This document shows positions 54,970 through 63,510 of a stretch of DNA of 64,000 nucleotides, piece after piece. The stretch is taken from contig CALQYT010000005.1 of NCBI GenBank assembly GCA_943348815.1, positions 5,167 through 69,166 of the forward strand, in the 5' to 3' direction. The translations under genes and the position numbers were made by a program. The stretch's first letter is position 1; the number at the start of each line of letters is the position of its first letter. The stretch comes from Candidatus Nomurabacteria bacterium (GTDB lineage Bacteria > Patescibacteriota > Minisyncoccia > Phycocordibacterales > SBAW01). The notes beneath the pieces are model-generated. The model saw only the letters and a list, made by a program, of their open reading frames with translations, searched no databases and had not been told where the DNA came from.

Positions 54970-55942
54970 GTATAAGAACGACCTCTTCTTCCGCACCTCC
55001 GCCCACATTATTGGCCTCCAGGCGGGGTTTGTGGCGGTATGTGCTGGAGCGTTTGCGGTGGCACTAGTCTACCCCGCCCTAGGCTGGGCGATTTTTGGCG
55101 CCCTCGTGATTTTTGCCTTTGTATGCGGGGCGCTGTTGGCGCGCTTTACGCTGGGCCCTGCGCGGCGCACCGCCCAGTATCAAAAACTTTTTATATCCAA
55201 TGTCGCACACGAGTTGCGTACGCCGCTCTCAATTATTAAAACCGAAAGTGAGGTGGCGCTGATTGACGAGGCGCTCCCCTCTCCGCTGAAACGCATTTTT
55301 GGCGAAATTATCGAGGAGTTAAACCGCGCCTCCGAGATCATCAACAACTTGCTGTCGCTCGAAACCCTGACCCGTCCCGAGCGGATGCAGTTCCAAAGCA
55401 TTGACGTAGCACCCATGCTCGACGAGGTAGTGCGGCGGCTTGGCCAACTAGCACACGAGCGGGCCATTAAAGTGACGATACGCAAGGAACCAGGGGCTAT
55501 CGTCTGGGGCAACGCCACGGCGCTCGAGCAAATTATGACGAACCTGATTAAAAACGCGCTCTCCTACACCCCCGCCAAGGCCCACGGCACCGTCTCGGTT
55601 ACCCTGCGGCCCGAGTCGGGGATGGTGCTGTTTGCGGTACAAGATACCGGCATTGGCATCGCCCAAGAAGACCTGCAGCATATTTTTGAGCCGTTTTACC
55701 GCGCCGACACCTCCCGCAACCGCAAAATAAAAAAGAGCGGCTCGGGTTTGGGGCTCACGATTGTGAGCGAGATGGTACGCACCCACCACGGGCGCATCCA
55801 TGTGCGCAGTGAACTGAAGAGTGGCACGATAGTGTCTATTTATTTGCCGCAAGGCGGTGCCAACAAAAGCCGCGAAAAGAGCGAGACCTCGATTGATTAC
55901 TCGGCACCCGGAGCTCGAGCCACTTCTTCATCCGCACTTTAA
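54896..55942 (+). CDS. Sensor histidine kinase (cognate of the OmpR-family regulator)
   Basis: 2 TM segments. H-box NVAHELRTPLS. N/G boxes LIKNALSYTP and DTGIGIAQEDLQHIFEPFYRAD, GSGLGLTIVSEMV. Confidence 0.85.
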   Translation: MKTATSYLKQSAAWATASWEKFASKYKNDLFFRTSAHIIGLQAGFVAVCAGAFAVALVYPALGWAIFGALVIFAFVCGALLARFTLGPARRTAQYQKLFISNVAHELRTPLSIIKTESEVALIDEALPSPLKRIFGEIIEELNRASEIINNLLSLETLTRPERMQFQSIDVAPMLDEVVRRLGQLAHERAIKVTIRKEPGAIVWGNATALEQIMTNLIKNALSYTPAKAHGTVSVTLRPESGMVLFAVQDTGIGIAQEDLQHIFEPFYRADTSRNRKIKKSGSGLGLTIVSEMVRTHHGRIHVRSELKSGTIVSIYLPQGGANKSREKSETSIDYSAPGARATSSSAL

Positions 55943-56157
55943 GCACCCTTTGGTATTCTGCAACTGTTGCGCGCACAGAAGAATGTTTGACGGGGCGGCG
56001 CTCCTGAGCCACATAGTGGCCGCTGTTACCTGCCAGACAAACGCACCGTTATAAAGGTCATACTAGTAAGTTCGCGCTAAGGCGGTATGAAAGAAGCACT
56101 GGTTTAGCCGAGGGGCCCTGCACCAAGGTGTTGGGGCCCCTCGGCGTAACTTGAAAG

Positions 56158-56925
56158 CTACTTAGTACCCGCAATGATATGTAGGACATCACGCGCCGAG
56201 TGTTCGCCGACAAATGTTTCAAACAAATAGAGGTTGTCGAGGTCGCGCAGTATCGCCATAACCGCCACGATAGTAACTACAAATGAAGCCTTAAGTAAGG
56301 AGGGTATTAAAAGCCCGACCGATGGAATGATAGAGATGGTAGTGATGAGAATGATGACGAAGAAAATCATGAGATACCACTGAAAGGGCACCATCTCCTC
56401 GTACCAAAGCATCACCATATTTTTGCGTAGCACTTGCGCATCGGAGAGATTGCTCATGATGCGCCCTATCGCCTGCCCGCGAAGACTCTCTATTTTATTA
56501 TCGCCAATGAGACGCTCCAGCAGCGCATGTATCGAAGTGATGGTGTTTGATTTGTTGGTAAAGTGAAAGTCCCATCGTCTGGTCTCTAACACTTTGTGGT
56601 AGTGAGCGGTTAAGATTTTTGTTACTTCTTGGTGGAACTCTGCAGAAACATTGGTAGAAGCGCGGTAACAGCCGGTCAGTTTTCCGTCGAAGGTACTGAT
56701 GATCTCGCGTATTTTAGTGTAGCGATTTCCTTGCCGCGTGATAAAAAAACCCGCAAACATCGAGAAAACGAAGGTGGTGATGGTGATAAACGTCTTATCA
56801 GTATTCTCTGCGCCAAAGCTCACGGAAAAGTAGAGGCAAAAGACTGCAATAAACAGGAGTACAAAAAGACTTTGGGTGCGCCTGGTGTGCATGAGAACAT
56901 TGTAGCGCAAATTTTTGGCGTACAA
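56158..56925 (-). CDS. Hypothetical membrane protein (255 aa)
   Basis: N- and C-terminal TM clusters. Lower GC than surroundings. Confidence 0.4.
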   Translation of the reverse strand: MYAKNLRYNVLMHTRRTQSLFVLLFIAVFCLYFSVSFGAENTDKTFITITTFVFSMFAGFFITRQGNRYTKIREIISTFDGKLTGCYRASTNVSAEFHQEVTKILTAHYHKVLETRRWDFHFTNKSNTITSIHALLERLIGDNKIESLRGQAIGRIMSNLSDAQVLRKNMVMLWYEEMVPFQWYLMIFFVIILITTISIIPSVGLLIPSLLKASFVVTIVAVMAILRDLDNLYLFETFVGEHSARDVLHIIAGTK

Positions 56926-57286
56926 TTACCCTATGGAGGGCCTCTCTAACTATGAGAAGGAAGTTCGTCCGTGGGGAAACTTTGAGCGCTTTACGCTCAA
57001 TGAGCCCTGCACGGTCAAGATTATTACCGTCGAGCCCAACCAGCAGCTCTCGCTCCAGCAGCATGAGCATCGCGACGAAGAGTGGAAGATCCTCCGCGGC
57101 TCGGGCATTGTCACCGTTGACGACACTAAAACCGCTGTTACTCCAGGCGATGAATTTCGGGTGCTGCGGGGCGAGCGACATCGGGTTGCAAGCGGCATCG
57201 ATGGCCTGCAATTTTTAGAAATCTCCTTCGGACAGTTTGATGAAAACGACATTACCCGCCTAGAAGACAACTATGGACGGGTCTGA
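56915..57286 (+). CDS. Cupin-domain protein (mannose-6-phosphate isomerase type II C-terminal-like)
   Basis: RPWGNFERF ... PNQQLSLQQHEHRDEEWKILRGSGIVTVDD, a cupin_2 pattern. Confidence 0.65.
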   Translation: MAYNYPMEGLSNYEKEVRPWGNFERFTLNEPCTVKIITVEPNQQLSLQQHEHRDEEWKILRGSGIVTVDDTKTAVTPGDEFRVLRGERHRVASGIDGLQFLEISFGQFDENDITRLEDNYGRV

Positions 57287-58391
57287 TCTGCTGCGGTTTT
57301 TGTTAATTCTTGCCGCATTATTTTTTGCGTGCTTGGCGCTGCTTTTTTATTGGATAGCGTCGGTGCGCCGGCCGATTAGGCTGTGGCGATCGGCCAAAAA
57401 TCCAATACTCCGCCCCGACCCAACGCATTGGTGGGAGTCGGAGGCCGTGTTTAACCCGGCGGCGCTCTATCACGACGGCCGTGTGCACTTGTTTTATCGT
57501 GCGATGGGTCACGACGGCGTCTCACGCGTGGGACATGTCAGCTCGGCCGATGGTATCCACTTTGACGAGCGCTCGCCCACTCCGGTGTTCGACAAAAAGC
57601 CCGACTTTCATCCGCCCCCTAAAGTTAGTTACGCAACGCTTACCTACGACACCGACCAGTACGCCTCGGGCGGTGGTTGGGGCGGGGTTGAAGATCCGCG
57701 CGTGGTTAAAATCGACGATCGCATTTACATGACCTTCAGCGTTTTTGAAGGCTGGCAGTCAATACGGCTTGGCGTTACGTCCATGCTGCACCGTGATTTG
57801 GACGACCGTGCGTGGAATAACTGGTTACCTTACATCCCTATGTCGCCGCGCGGACAAACGCACAAAAATTGGGTTCTTTTCCCCGAAAAAATAAACGGCA
57901 AGTTTGCGATATTGCACGCGCTCACCCCCACCATCATGATCGAGTATGTCGATGATTTGGAGAATTTGCGCGACAAACCGATCCAGAGCAACAACCACCG
58001 TTCGGGGCGTAAGGGAAAGTGGGATGTGATCATTCGTGGCGCGGGCGCGCCGCCTATCTACACGCCGTACGGCTGGCTATTGCTATACCATGGTTTTGAT
58101 CCCAACAACGGGCCAGGGTATAACGTGGGCGCAATGTTGCTTGACCTGCACGAACCAGAGAAAATTTTGTACCAAACCGACGAACCGATCTTACAACCGA
58201 CTGAATGGTACGAAAACGACTGGAAACCAGGGGTAACCTACGCCTCGGGCGCGTGCGTGGTTAAAGGCGAGCTGTTTGTCTACTATGGCGGTGGCGACAA
58301 ATATATTGCGGCCGCCCACGCGCCCCTGCGCGACTTCCTGCGCAAACTTATGACCCACCAACACGCGGTCCTTACCCCGGTAAAAGTATGA
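57273..58391 (+). CDS. GH130-family (DUF377) glycoside phosphorylase/hydrolase, membrane-anchored
   Basis: N-terminal TM. FNPAALYHDGRVHLFYRAMG, GHVSSADGIHF and DPRVVKIDDRIYMTF match the GH130 five-bladed propeller. Confidence 0.65.
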   Translation: MDGSDLLRFLLILAALFFACLALLFYWIASVRRPIRLWRSAKNPILRPDPTHWWESEAVFNPAALYHDGRVHLFYRAMGHDGVSRVGHVSSADGIHFDERSPTPVFDKKPDFHPPPKVSYATLTYDTDQYASGGGWGGVEDPRVVKIDDRIYMTFSVFEGWQSIRLGVTSMLHRDLDDRAWNNWLPYIPMSPRGQTHKNWVLFPEKINGKFAILHALTPTIMIEYVDDLENLRDKPIQSNNHRSGRKGKWDVIIRGAGAPPIYTPYGWLLLYHGFDPNNGPGYNVGAMLLDLHEPEKILYQTDEPILQPTEWYENDWKPGVTYASGACVVKGELFVYYGGGDKYIAAAHAPLRDFLRKLMTHQHAVLTPVKV

Positions 58392-59392
58392 AGGCCTATG
58401 AGCAACACGCTGGCAAGGCGGTTGAGGATTCGCGCTTCAGTCATATGATGGCTATAGCACTTGACCCTAGCTCTCACTACAAAAAAGGGGTCATACGCTG
58501 CATCACCAGCCGCGAGGGAGACGTGGCTACAAAAGGATATATAGACCGAAGCGAGTTATATACAATCTCCGGAGAAACGCTGGAGAAATTTTTGGTTGGA
58601 GAACGACTACAAATAAAAAACGAAAAAGAAACTTTAGACCGGCTCAACAGCGAAGAGTGGAATTTTATAGGGCTTGAAGACCCGGATATCTTTGTCGACG
58701 ACAAGACCGGCCTCACTCATCTGTACTTTACGATGCCGCTTCTTAATAGAGACTCAACAAAAGAACAAGCTCTTATAAATCTGGGACACGCTGTGGGTCG
58801 AAATCTAGACTCGCTCGAGATGACTATGCCTGCACTGCAAGCAGATGCAAACAATACTGCAAAAGAAGTTTCTATCGCACCCATAAACTCCAAAGGAGTT
58901 CGTTACAATCTTATCGAATCAAGCTCGATTGAGGATGGGGTGTGGTATTCGACCGTGCGCGTTGCTATTGCCGCTGACATGGGTATGCCATGGCAGTTTG
59001 GCGAGACGGTCTTCCATCCAAATAAGCACAACATCCCGTGGATAGGCGGGCACGCATCGCCCGGACCGCTCTTTTCTAAAACATTTATTGATGTCGGCGA
59101 GGGCAAGGCGGTCGGGGTAATCAACGGCCGCGAGGCCAACAAGCACAAGGGTGGTAAAACTGTGTATGGAATATTTTCTGTCGGGCTTTTTATCTACGAT
59201 TATGAAAAAGGAACGATTGATTGGGTCTCACCCGAGCCGTTTATCCACGATACCGAGGCGCGTACTATTACTTTTGCCAGCCAATTTGTCGAAACAAAAC
59301 CGGGCGAAGGAGTTTTGTACGCGCACGTCGACGACTCGTTTGTCAGGGCTTATACCCTGCATGCCGAAAGTATTAGAGCTCTCCTCCCCTGA
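58388..59392 (+). CDS. Hypothetical beta-propeller-like protein (334 aa)
   Basis: Lower-GC ORF. No clear motif. Confidence 0.4.
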   Translation: MKAYEQHAGKAVEDSRFSHMMAIALDPSSHYKKGVIRCITSREGDVATKGYIDRSELYTISGETLEKFLVGERLQIKNEKETLDRLNSEEWNFIGLEDPDIFVDDKTGLTHLYFTMPLLNRDSTKEQALINLGHAVGRNLDSLEMTMPALQADANNTAKEVSIAPINSKGVRYNLIESSSIEDGVWYSTVRVAIAADMGMPWQFGETVFHPNKHNIPWIGGHASPGPLFSKTFIDVGEGKAVGVINGREANKHKGGKTVYGIFSVGLFIYDYEKGTIDWVSPEPFIHDTEARTITFASQFVETKPGEGVLYAHVDDSFVRAYTLHAESIRALLP

Positions 59393-59457
59393 GCAAGGTT
59401 CGACCTTGCTCACTTGCAGGTTAAACCTGCAGAATAAGCAAGGTCCGACCTTGCTTA
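59391..59457. repeat. REP cluster: GAGCAAGG-TTCGA-CCTTGCTC / TGCAGGTTAAACCTGCA / AAGCAAGG-TCCGA-CCTTGCTT
   Basis: Three adjacent hairpins combining both REP families seen elsewhere in the window. Confidence 0.6.
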
Positions 59458-59560
59458 TTTGTTGTGCTGTAAGGATTTTTGATATATTGACGAAAAACAG
59501 TTTTGGAGGTATAATCGGGATAAGTTCGAAGTTCCGTTTTAACCCAAGGAGAAGACCCCG

Positions 59561-59806
59561 ATGGACGAGAGTCCTCACTTCTACGTTCGGACCTATGACA
59601 CTCCAGGTTGGCTGGTGCTCGCAATGCTCTGCATTACGCTGCTTGCCTGCTGGGTGTCATATCACACGCCGCCAAGCATGGAACGGCTCGGTTACTGGCT
59701 CGCCACAGCAATAGCCGCGGCCTTCAGCGCGTTCCTGGTGTACCGCTGGATATATGGCCGACCGGTGCGACATGACTGCGTCGACCCGATGATCCGGGAC
59801 ATCTGA
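59561..59806 (+). CDS. Small membrane protein (81 aa), GC3-rich cassette
   Basis: AAGGAGAAG RBS. Two TM segments (WLVLAMLCITLLACWV, WLATAIAAAFSAFLVY). Confidence 0.4.
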   Translation: MDESPHFYVRTYDTPGWLVLAMLCITLLACWVSYHTPPSMERLGYWLATAIAAAFSAFLVYRWIYGRPVRHDCVDPMIRDI

Positions 59807-59877
59807 CCGGCCCCGACAAATTGTGCTCGGCCCCTGGAGAAATCCGGGGGCTTTGAGTTTTTGGTGATACAATTTTT

Positions 59878-61806
59878 GTGATGTACGTTATTCGTCGGTC
59901 GGAACATAATCCTTTGATCTCGCCCCAAAACGACAAACAGTGGGAGGCGCGCGGCACCTATAACCCCACCGTCGTACAAAAGGGCAAGGTTACGCATATG
60001 TTTTATCGCGCACTCGGCCGTCCCGACGCCCTGATGACCCCCGCCGGCATATCGTCGATTGGCAAAGCGCTCTCGCTCGACGGCGAGCACTACCAAAACC
60101 GCCGGCAGTTTATTATCCCCACCGAGCCCTGGGAGAAATATGGCTGCGAGGACCCGCGCGTCACTTTTTTTGAAGGCAAGTATTATATTTTTTATACCGC
60201 GCTCGGCGGCATGCCCTTTGGCCCCGGCAATATCAAAGTGGCGGTCGCGGTTTCGAAAGATTTAGAGACGATCGAAGAAAAGCATCTCGTCACGCCGTTT
60301 AACGCCAAGGCGATGGCGCTTTTTCCCGAGCGCGTCAACGGCAAGATTACCGTCATACTCACCGCGCACACCGACGAGCCGCCGGCGCGTATCGCCATTG
60401 CGCAGTGCGACAAGATGGAAGAGCTCTGGGACCTAGGTTTTTGGGAGCGCTGGCACAGCGAGCTTGGCGAGCACATCATCAACCCGCTGCGGTTTGACCA
60501 CGACCACGTCGAGGTAGGCGCGGCGCCACTTAAAACCAAAGACGGCTGGCTCTTGTTTTATTCCTACATTCAAAATTATTTCGGCGGCGGCGACCGCGTG
60601 TTTGGCATCGAAGCACTGTTGTTGGACAATAAAGATCCACGCCTGATCCGCGGCAAAACCAAGGGCCCGATTATGGTCCCGCAAGAGATTTACGAAAAGT
60701 ACGGTATTGTGCCCGACATTGTCTTCCCCACCGGCGCAATACTCCACAAAAATAACCGCGTCGATTTGTACTATGGCGGTGCCGACACCGTGTGTGCCAA
60801 AGCCTCGCTCAACTTGCCCGACTTACTTTCGGCACTCATCCCCGAGCGCCGCGTCGAGCTGTGCGAGCGCGTTAAAAACAATCCTATACTTTCACCCACT
60901 AAAGAACATTCGTGGGAAAGCCGCGCCGTATTTAACGCCGCAACGGTAGAGTTGGGCAAAGACGTGCACATTTTGTATCGCGCCATGGGCGAGGATAACA
61001 CCAGCGTGATGGGCTGGGCTAAAAGTAAAGATGGCATCAAAATTACCGGGCGAGGACAAGAACCCGCGTACGTGCCGCGCGAGGACTTTGAGATGAAGCG
61101 CAACCAACCTAACGGCAACTCGGGGTGCGAGGATCCGCGCATAACCAAAATTGGCGACACCCTCTACATGACCTACACCGCTTACAACGGCGTTGACGCC
61201 ACGCGCGTCGCGCTTACCTCTATCTCGACCAAAGATTTCTTGGCCAAAAAGTGGGATAAATGGAGCAAGCCGGTACTCACCACGCCGGACAAGGTCAACG
61301 ACAAAGATACCTGTTTGTTGTCCGAAAAAGTAGACGGCAAGTACATGCTGCTGCACCGGATTGACCCGCAGTTATGCGCCGACTTTTTGGACACGCTCGA
61401 CTTTGACAAATCGCGCCTCACCCGCTGTATCGAGATTATGGGTCCGCGCCCCGGCTGCTGGGATAGCCAAAAAATAGGCATCGCCGGGCCGCCGATTAAA
61501 ACCAAAAAAGGCTGGCTGCTTATTTATCACGGGGTTTCTAAAACCACAACCTATCGCTTGGGTGCGGTACTCTTAGACCCTAAAAATCCTTCCGTAGTTC
61601 TCTCGCGCAGCGTCGATGCTATTTTGGAACCGATCGAAGAGTACGAGCGCGTAGGGATCGTGCGCAACGCGGTGTTTAGCTGCGGTTCGGTCTTGCGCGG
61701 CGACACACTCTTTATATACTACGGCGGTGCCGATACCGTGCTGTGCGTCGCTAAAGTATCGCTTAAAAAATTACTAAAAATCTTACTGCCCGAAAACTTG
61801 CAATGA
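59878..61806 (+). CDS. Tandem (duplicated) GH130-family glycoside phosphorylase
   Basis: Two DUF377/GH130 modules (residues about 1-320 and about 330-642). Each has NP(L/I)xSP...W(E)xxxxFN(P/A)...YRA(L/M)G and CEDPR(V/I)T and GGAD motifs. Confidence 0.7.
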   Translation: MMYVIRRSEHNPLISPQNDKQWEARGTYNPTVVQKGKVTHMFYRALGRPDALMTPAGISSIGKALSLDGEHYQNRRQFIIPTEPWEKYGCEDPRVTFFEGKYYIFYTALGGMPFGPGNIKVAVAVSKDLETIEEKHLVTPFNAKAMALFPERVNGKITVILTAHTDEPPARIAIAQCDKMEELWDLGFWERWHSELGEHIINPLRFDHDHVEVGAAPLKTKDGWLLFYSYIQNYFGGGDRVFGIEALLLDNKDPRLIRGKTKGPIMVPQEIYEKYGIVPDIVFPTGAILHKNNRVDLYYGGADTVCAKASLNLPDLLSALIPERRVELCERVKNNPILSPTKEHSWESRAVFNAATVELGKDVHILYRAMGEDNTSVMGWAKSKDGIKITGRGQEPAYVPREDFEMKRNQPNGNSGCEDPRITKIGDTLYMTYTAYNGVDATRVALTSISTKDFLAKKWDKWSKPVLTTPDKVNDKDTCLLSEKVDGKYMLLHRIDPQLCADFLDTLDFDKSRLTRCIEIMGPRPGCWDSQKIGIAGPPIKTKKGWLLIYHGVSKTTTYRLGAVLLDPKNPSVVLSRSVDAILEPIEEYERVGIVRNAVFSCGSVLRGDTLFIYYGGADTVLCVAKVSLKKLLKILLPENLQ

Positions 61807-62171
61807 AGTCCGGCTTCTCCAGTAAAAATCCCGCCCTGCGCCGGCGGGCAGTGCTCGCTCTCCAAATTAGACCTCCGAAAAACGCCATAAAATTACTAGC
61901 GAGGGCCTTGACTAAGGACCCCTCCGCGGTGATACGACACGAGGCTGCTTTCGTGCTTGGGGCGCTGCACAGAAGAAAAGCTTTATCACCACTTATAAAA
62001 GCCGCGCTGCAGGATCCATCTGACTTAGTGCGACACGAAGCAATCGAAGCACTTGGCGATTTAGGTATTAAAACGGCAAAAGTAAAAAAACTCCTCCTAA
62101 AATTTCAAAAAGAGCCTAATCCCATTATAAAAGATACCGCCTTGATCGCATACAAAACTCTAAAACTTTAA
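61803..62171 (+). CDS. HEAT/PBS-lyase-repeat protein
   Basis: Repeats VRHEAAFVLGAL / VRHEAIEALGDLG. Confidence 0.6.
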   Translation: MKSGFSSKNPALRRRAVLALQIRPPKNAIKLLARALTKDPSAVIRHEAAFVLGALHRRKALSPLIKAALQDPSDLVRHEAIEALGDLGIKTAKVKKLLLKFQKEPNPIIKDTALIAYKTLKL

Positions 62172-62185
62172 ACTCCAACTATAAC

Positions 62186-62205
62186 CCATATGATATATCA
62201 TATGG
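62186..62205. repeat. Perfect 20-bp palindrome CCATATGATATATCATATGG (two inverted NdeI sites), copy 1
   Basis: Seen in sequence. A second copy (TCATATGATATATCATATGGC) lies at 62639-62659, overlapping the start codon of the TrpR-like gene. Confidence 0.7.
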
Positions 62206-62216
62206 TTCACTGTCAC

Positions 62217-62642
62217 TTATCTATCTTTATATTCTTTAGGCCAGGGAAACAACAGAAAATGGGCGGGGTATTTCTTTTTTAGACGATAGAGCAAACTGGT
62301 GGCATATAATTTCTTTTCTTTACGTTTTTGATATTCCTCTTCCATTCCCTTAATTGCTCGTTCATAACCAGGCATCTGATCCTGCAACCATCGGTGTACA
62401 CGATGCACAGTATCCATTCCAACTTTTAAACTCCCAGAAATATTTTCATGACTATGTCCTGCAATAAGTCGCCGCGCAATAAGAATCCGGCGACCAAGCA
62501 TAATGCGCTCGCTTGGCGTGAGGAGATCGCGCAAAAATAATTTCATTGCATCCCTGCCGCGCACACTCCCGGCTGCGGTATATAACGCATCTAACGTTTC
62601 TATCCTCTGCTGGTCATTGAGTTCTCGTGGCCGTACTTTCAT
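62217..62642 (-). CDS. TrpR/YerC-YecD-like DNA-binding protein
   Basis: LLTPSERIMLGRRILIARRLIAGHSHENISGSLKVGMDTVHRVHRWL matches the Trp-repressor-like family. Start at MKVRPREL (ATG inside the palindrome). The longer ORF to 62801 is less likely. Confidence 0.55.
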   Translation of the reverse strand: MKVRPRELNDQQRIETLDALYTAAGSVRGRDAMKLFLRDLLTPSERIMLGRRILIARRLIAGHSHENISGSLKVGMDTVHRVHRWLQDQMPGYERAIKGMEEEYQKRKEKKLYATSLLYRLKKKYPAHFLLFPWPKEYKDR

Positions 62643-62659
62643 ATGATATATCATATGGC
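62639..62659. repeat. Palindrome copy 2 (CATATGATATATCATATGG) at the TrpR-like gene start
   Basis: Seen in sequence. Overlaps two alternative ATG starts (MIYHMKVR). Confidence 0.7.
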
Positions 62660-62724
62660 TAAATGTCTCTGATTTATGAAAGGCCTGGGGATAGAGGGAG
62701 AAAATTGAGCGGGAAGACGGTATA

Positions 62725-63489
62725 GTGCTAAACATGGTTGCCCACCCAAAACTTGTTGTGTTTGACCTCGACGGTACGCTGGCCGAAAGCAAGCAGCGCA
62801 TACCCGCACAAATGGGCGAGCGGCTAGCCGCGCTTTTGCAAAAGATGCCGGTTGCGATTATGTCCGGCGCCGGATTCCCCCAGTTTGAAAGGCAGGTCTT
62901 CCCCGCATTGCCGCTGGAAGCTAAACTCGACCGGCTCTACATATTCCCCGACAATGCGGCGCAGTGTTTTATTTATCGCCAAGGCACCTGGCACGCGCAG
63001 TATGACAACGCGTTTACTCTCGTTGAACGTGAGCATATTTTAAAAGCGCTCGACGAAGCCTTAAACGAAACTGGTCTCCACGACGTACCAGTGCGTGTGT
63101 GGGGGCAGCGGGTTGAAGACCGCGGCGCGGAGATTGTGTTCTCCGGCCTCGGTCAGGAAGCGCCGCCGGAAGAAAAGCGTAAATGGGATCCGGACGGTAC
63201 TAAAAAAAATGCCCTGCGCACGGCACTGGCTAAACGTCTGCCCGAATTTTCAGAAGGTGCCAACGGCTCGACCTCGGTCGACATCACCCGCAAAGGCATC
63301 AACAAAGCCTACGGCGTGCAGCGGCTGACTGAATTGACCCAAATTTCCCCCGCACAAATGTTATATGTGGGCGACGCACTCGAAGAAGGCGGCAACGACG
63401 CGGTGGTTATTGGCACCGGCATTCCTACCCACACCGTATTTGGCCCCGAAGAGACCGCGGGCCTTATAGACGAGCTTTTGCGCTCTTAA
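62725..63489 (+). CDS. HAD-superfamily hydrolase (phosphomannomutase/Cof-like subfamily IIB)
   Basis: VVFDLDGTLAESKQ motif I, and GDALEEGGNDAVV motif IV region. Confidence 0.7.
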   Translation: MLNMVAHPKLVVFDLDGTLAESKQRIPAQMGERLAALLQKMPVAIMSGAGFPQFERQVFPALPLEAKLDRLYIFPDNAAQCFIYRQGTWHAQYDNAFTLVEREHILKALDEALNETGLHDVPVRVWGQRVEDRGAEIVFSGLGQEAPPEEKRKWDPDGTKKNALRTALAKRLPEFSEGANGSTSVDITRKGINKAYGVQRLTELTQISPAQMLYVGDALEEGGNDAVVIGTGIPTHTVFGPEETAGLIDELLRS

Positions 63490-63510
63490 AAATAGGAGTA
63501 CTATAGGGGC

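Noticed and set aside
62642-62801. Longer N-terminal extension of the TrpR-like ORF (start at 62801)
   Set aside because: The extension (MRCLLSASVPSRSNTTSFGW...) has no family resemblance and would read through the palindrome. The internal Met at the palindrome gives the canonical family N-terminus.
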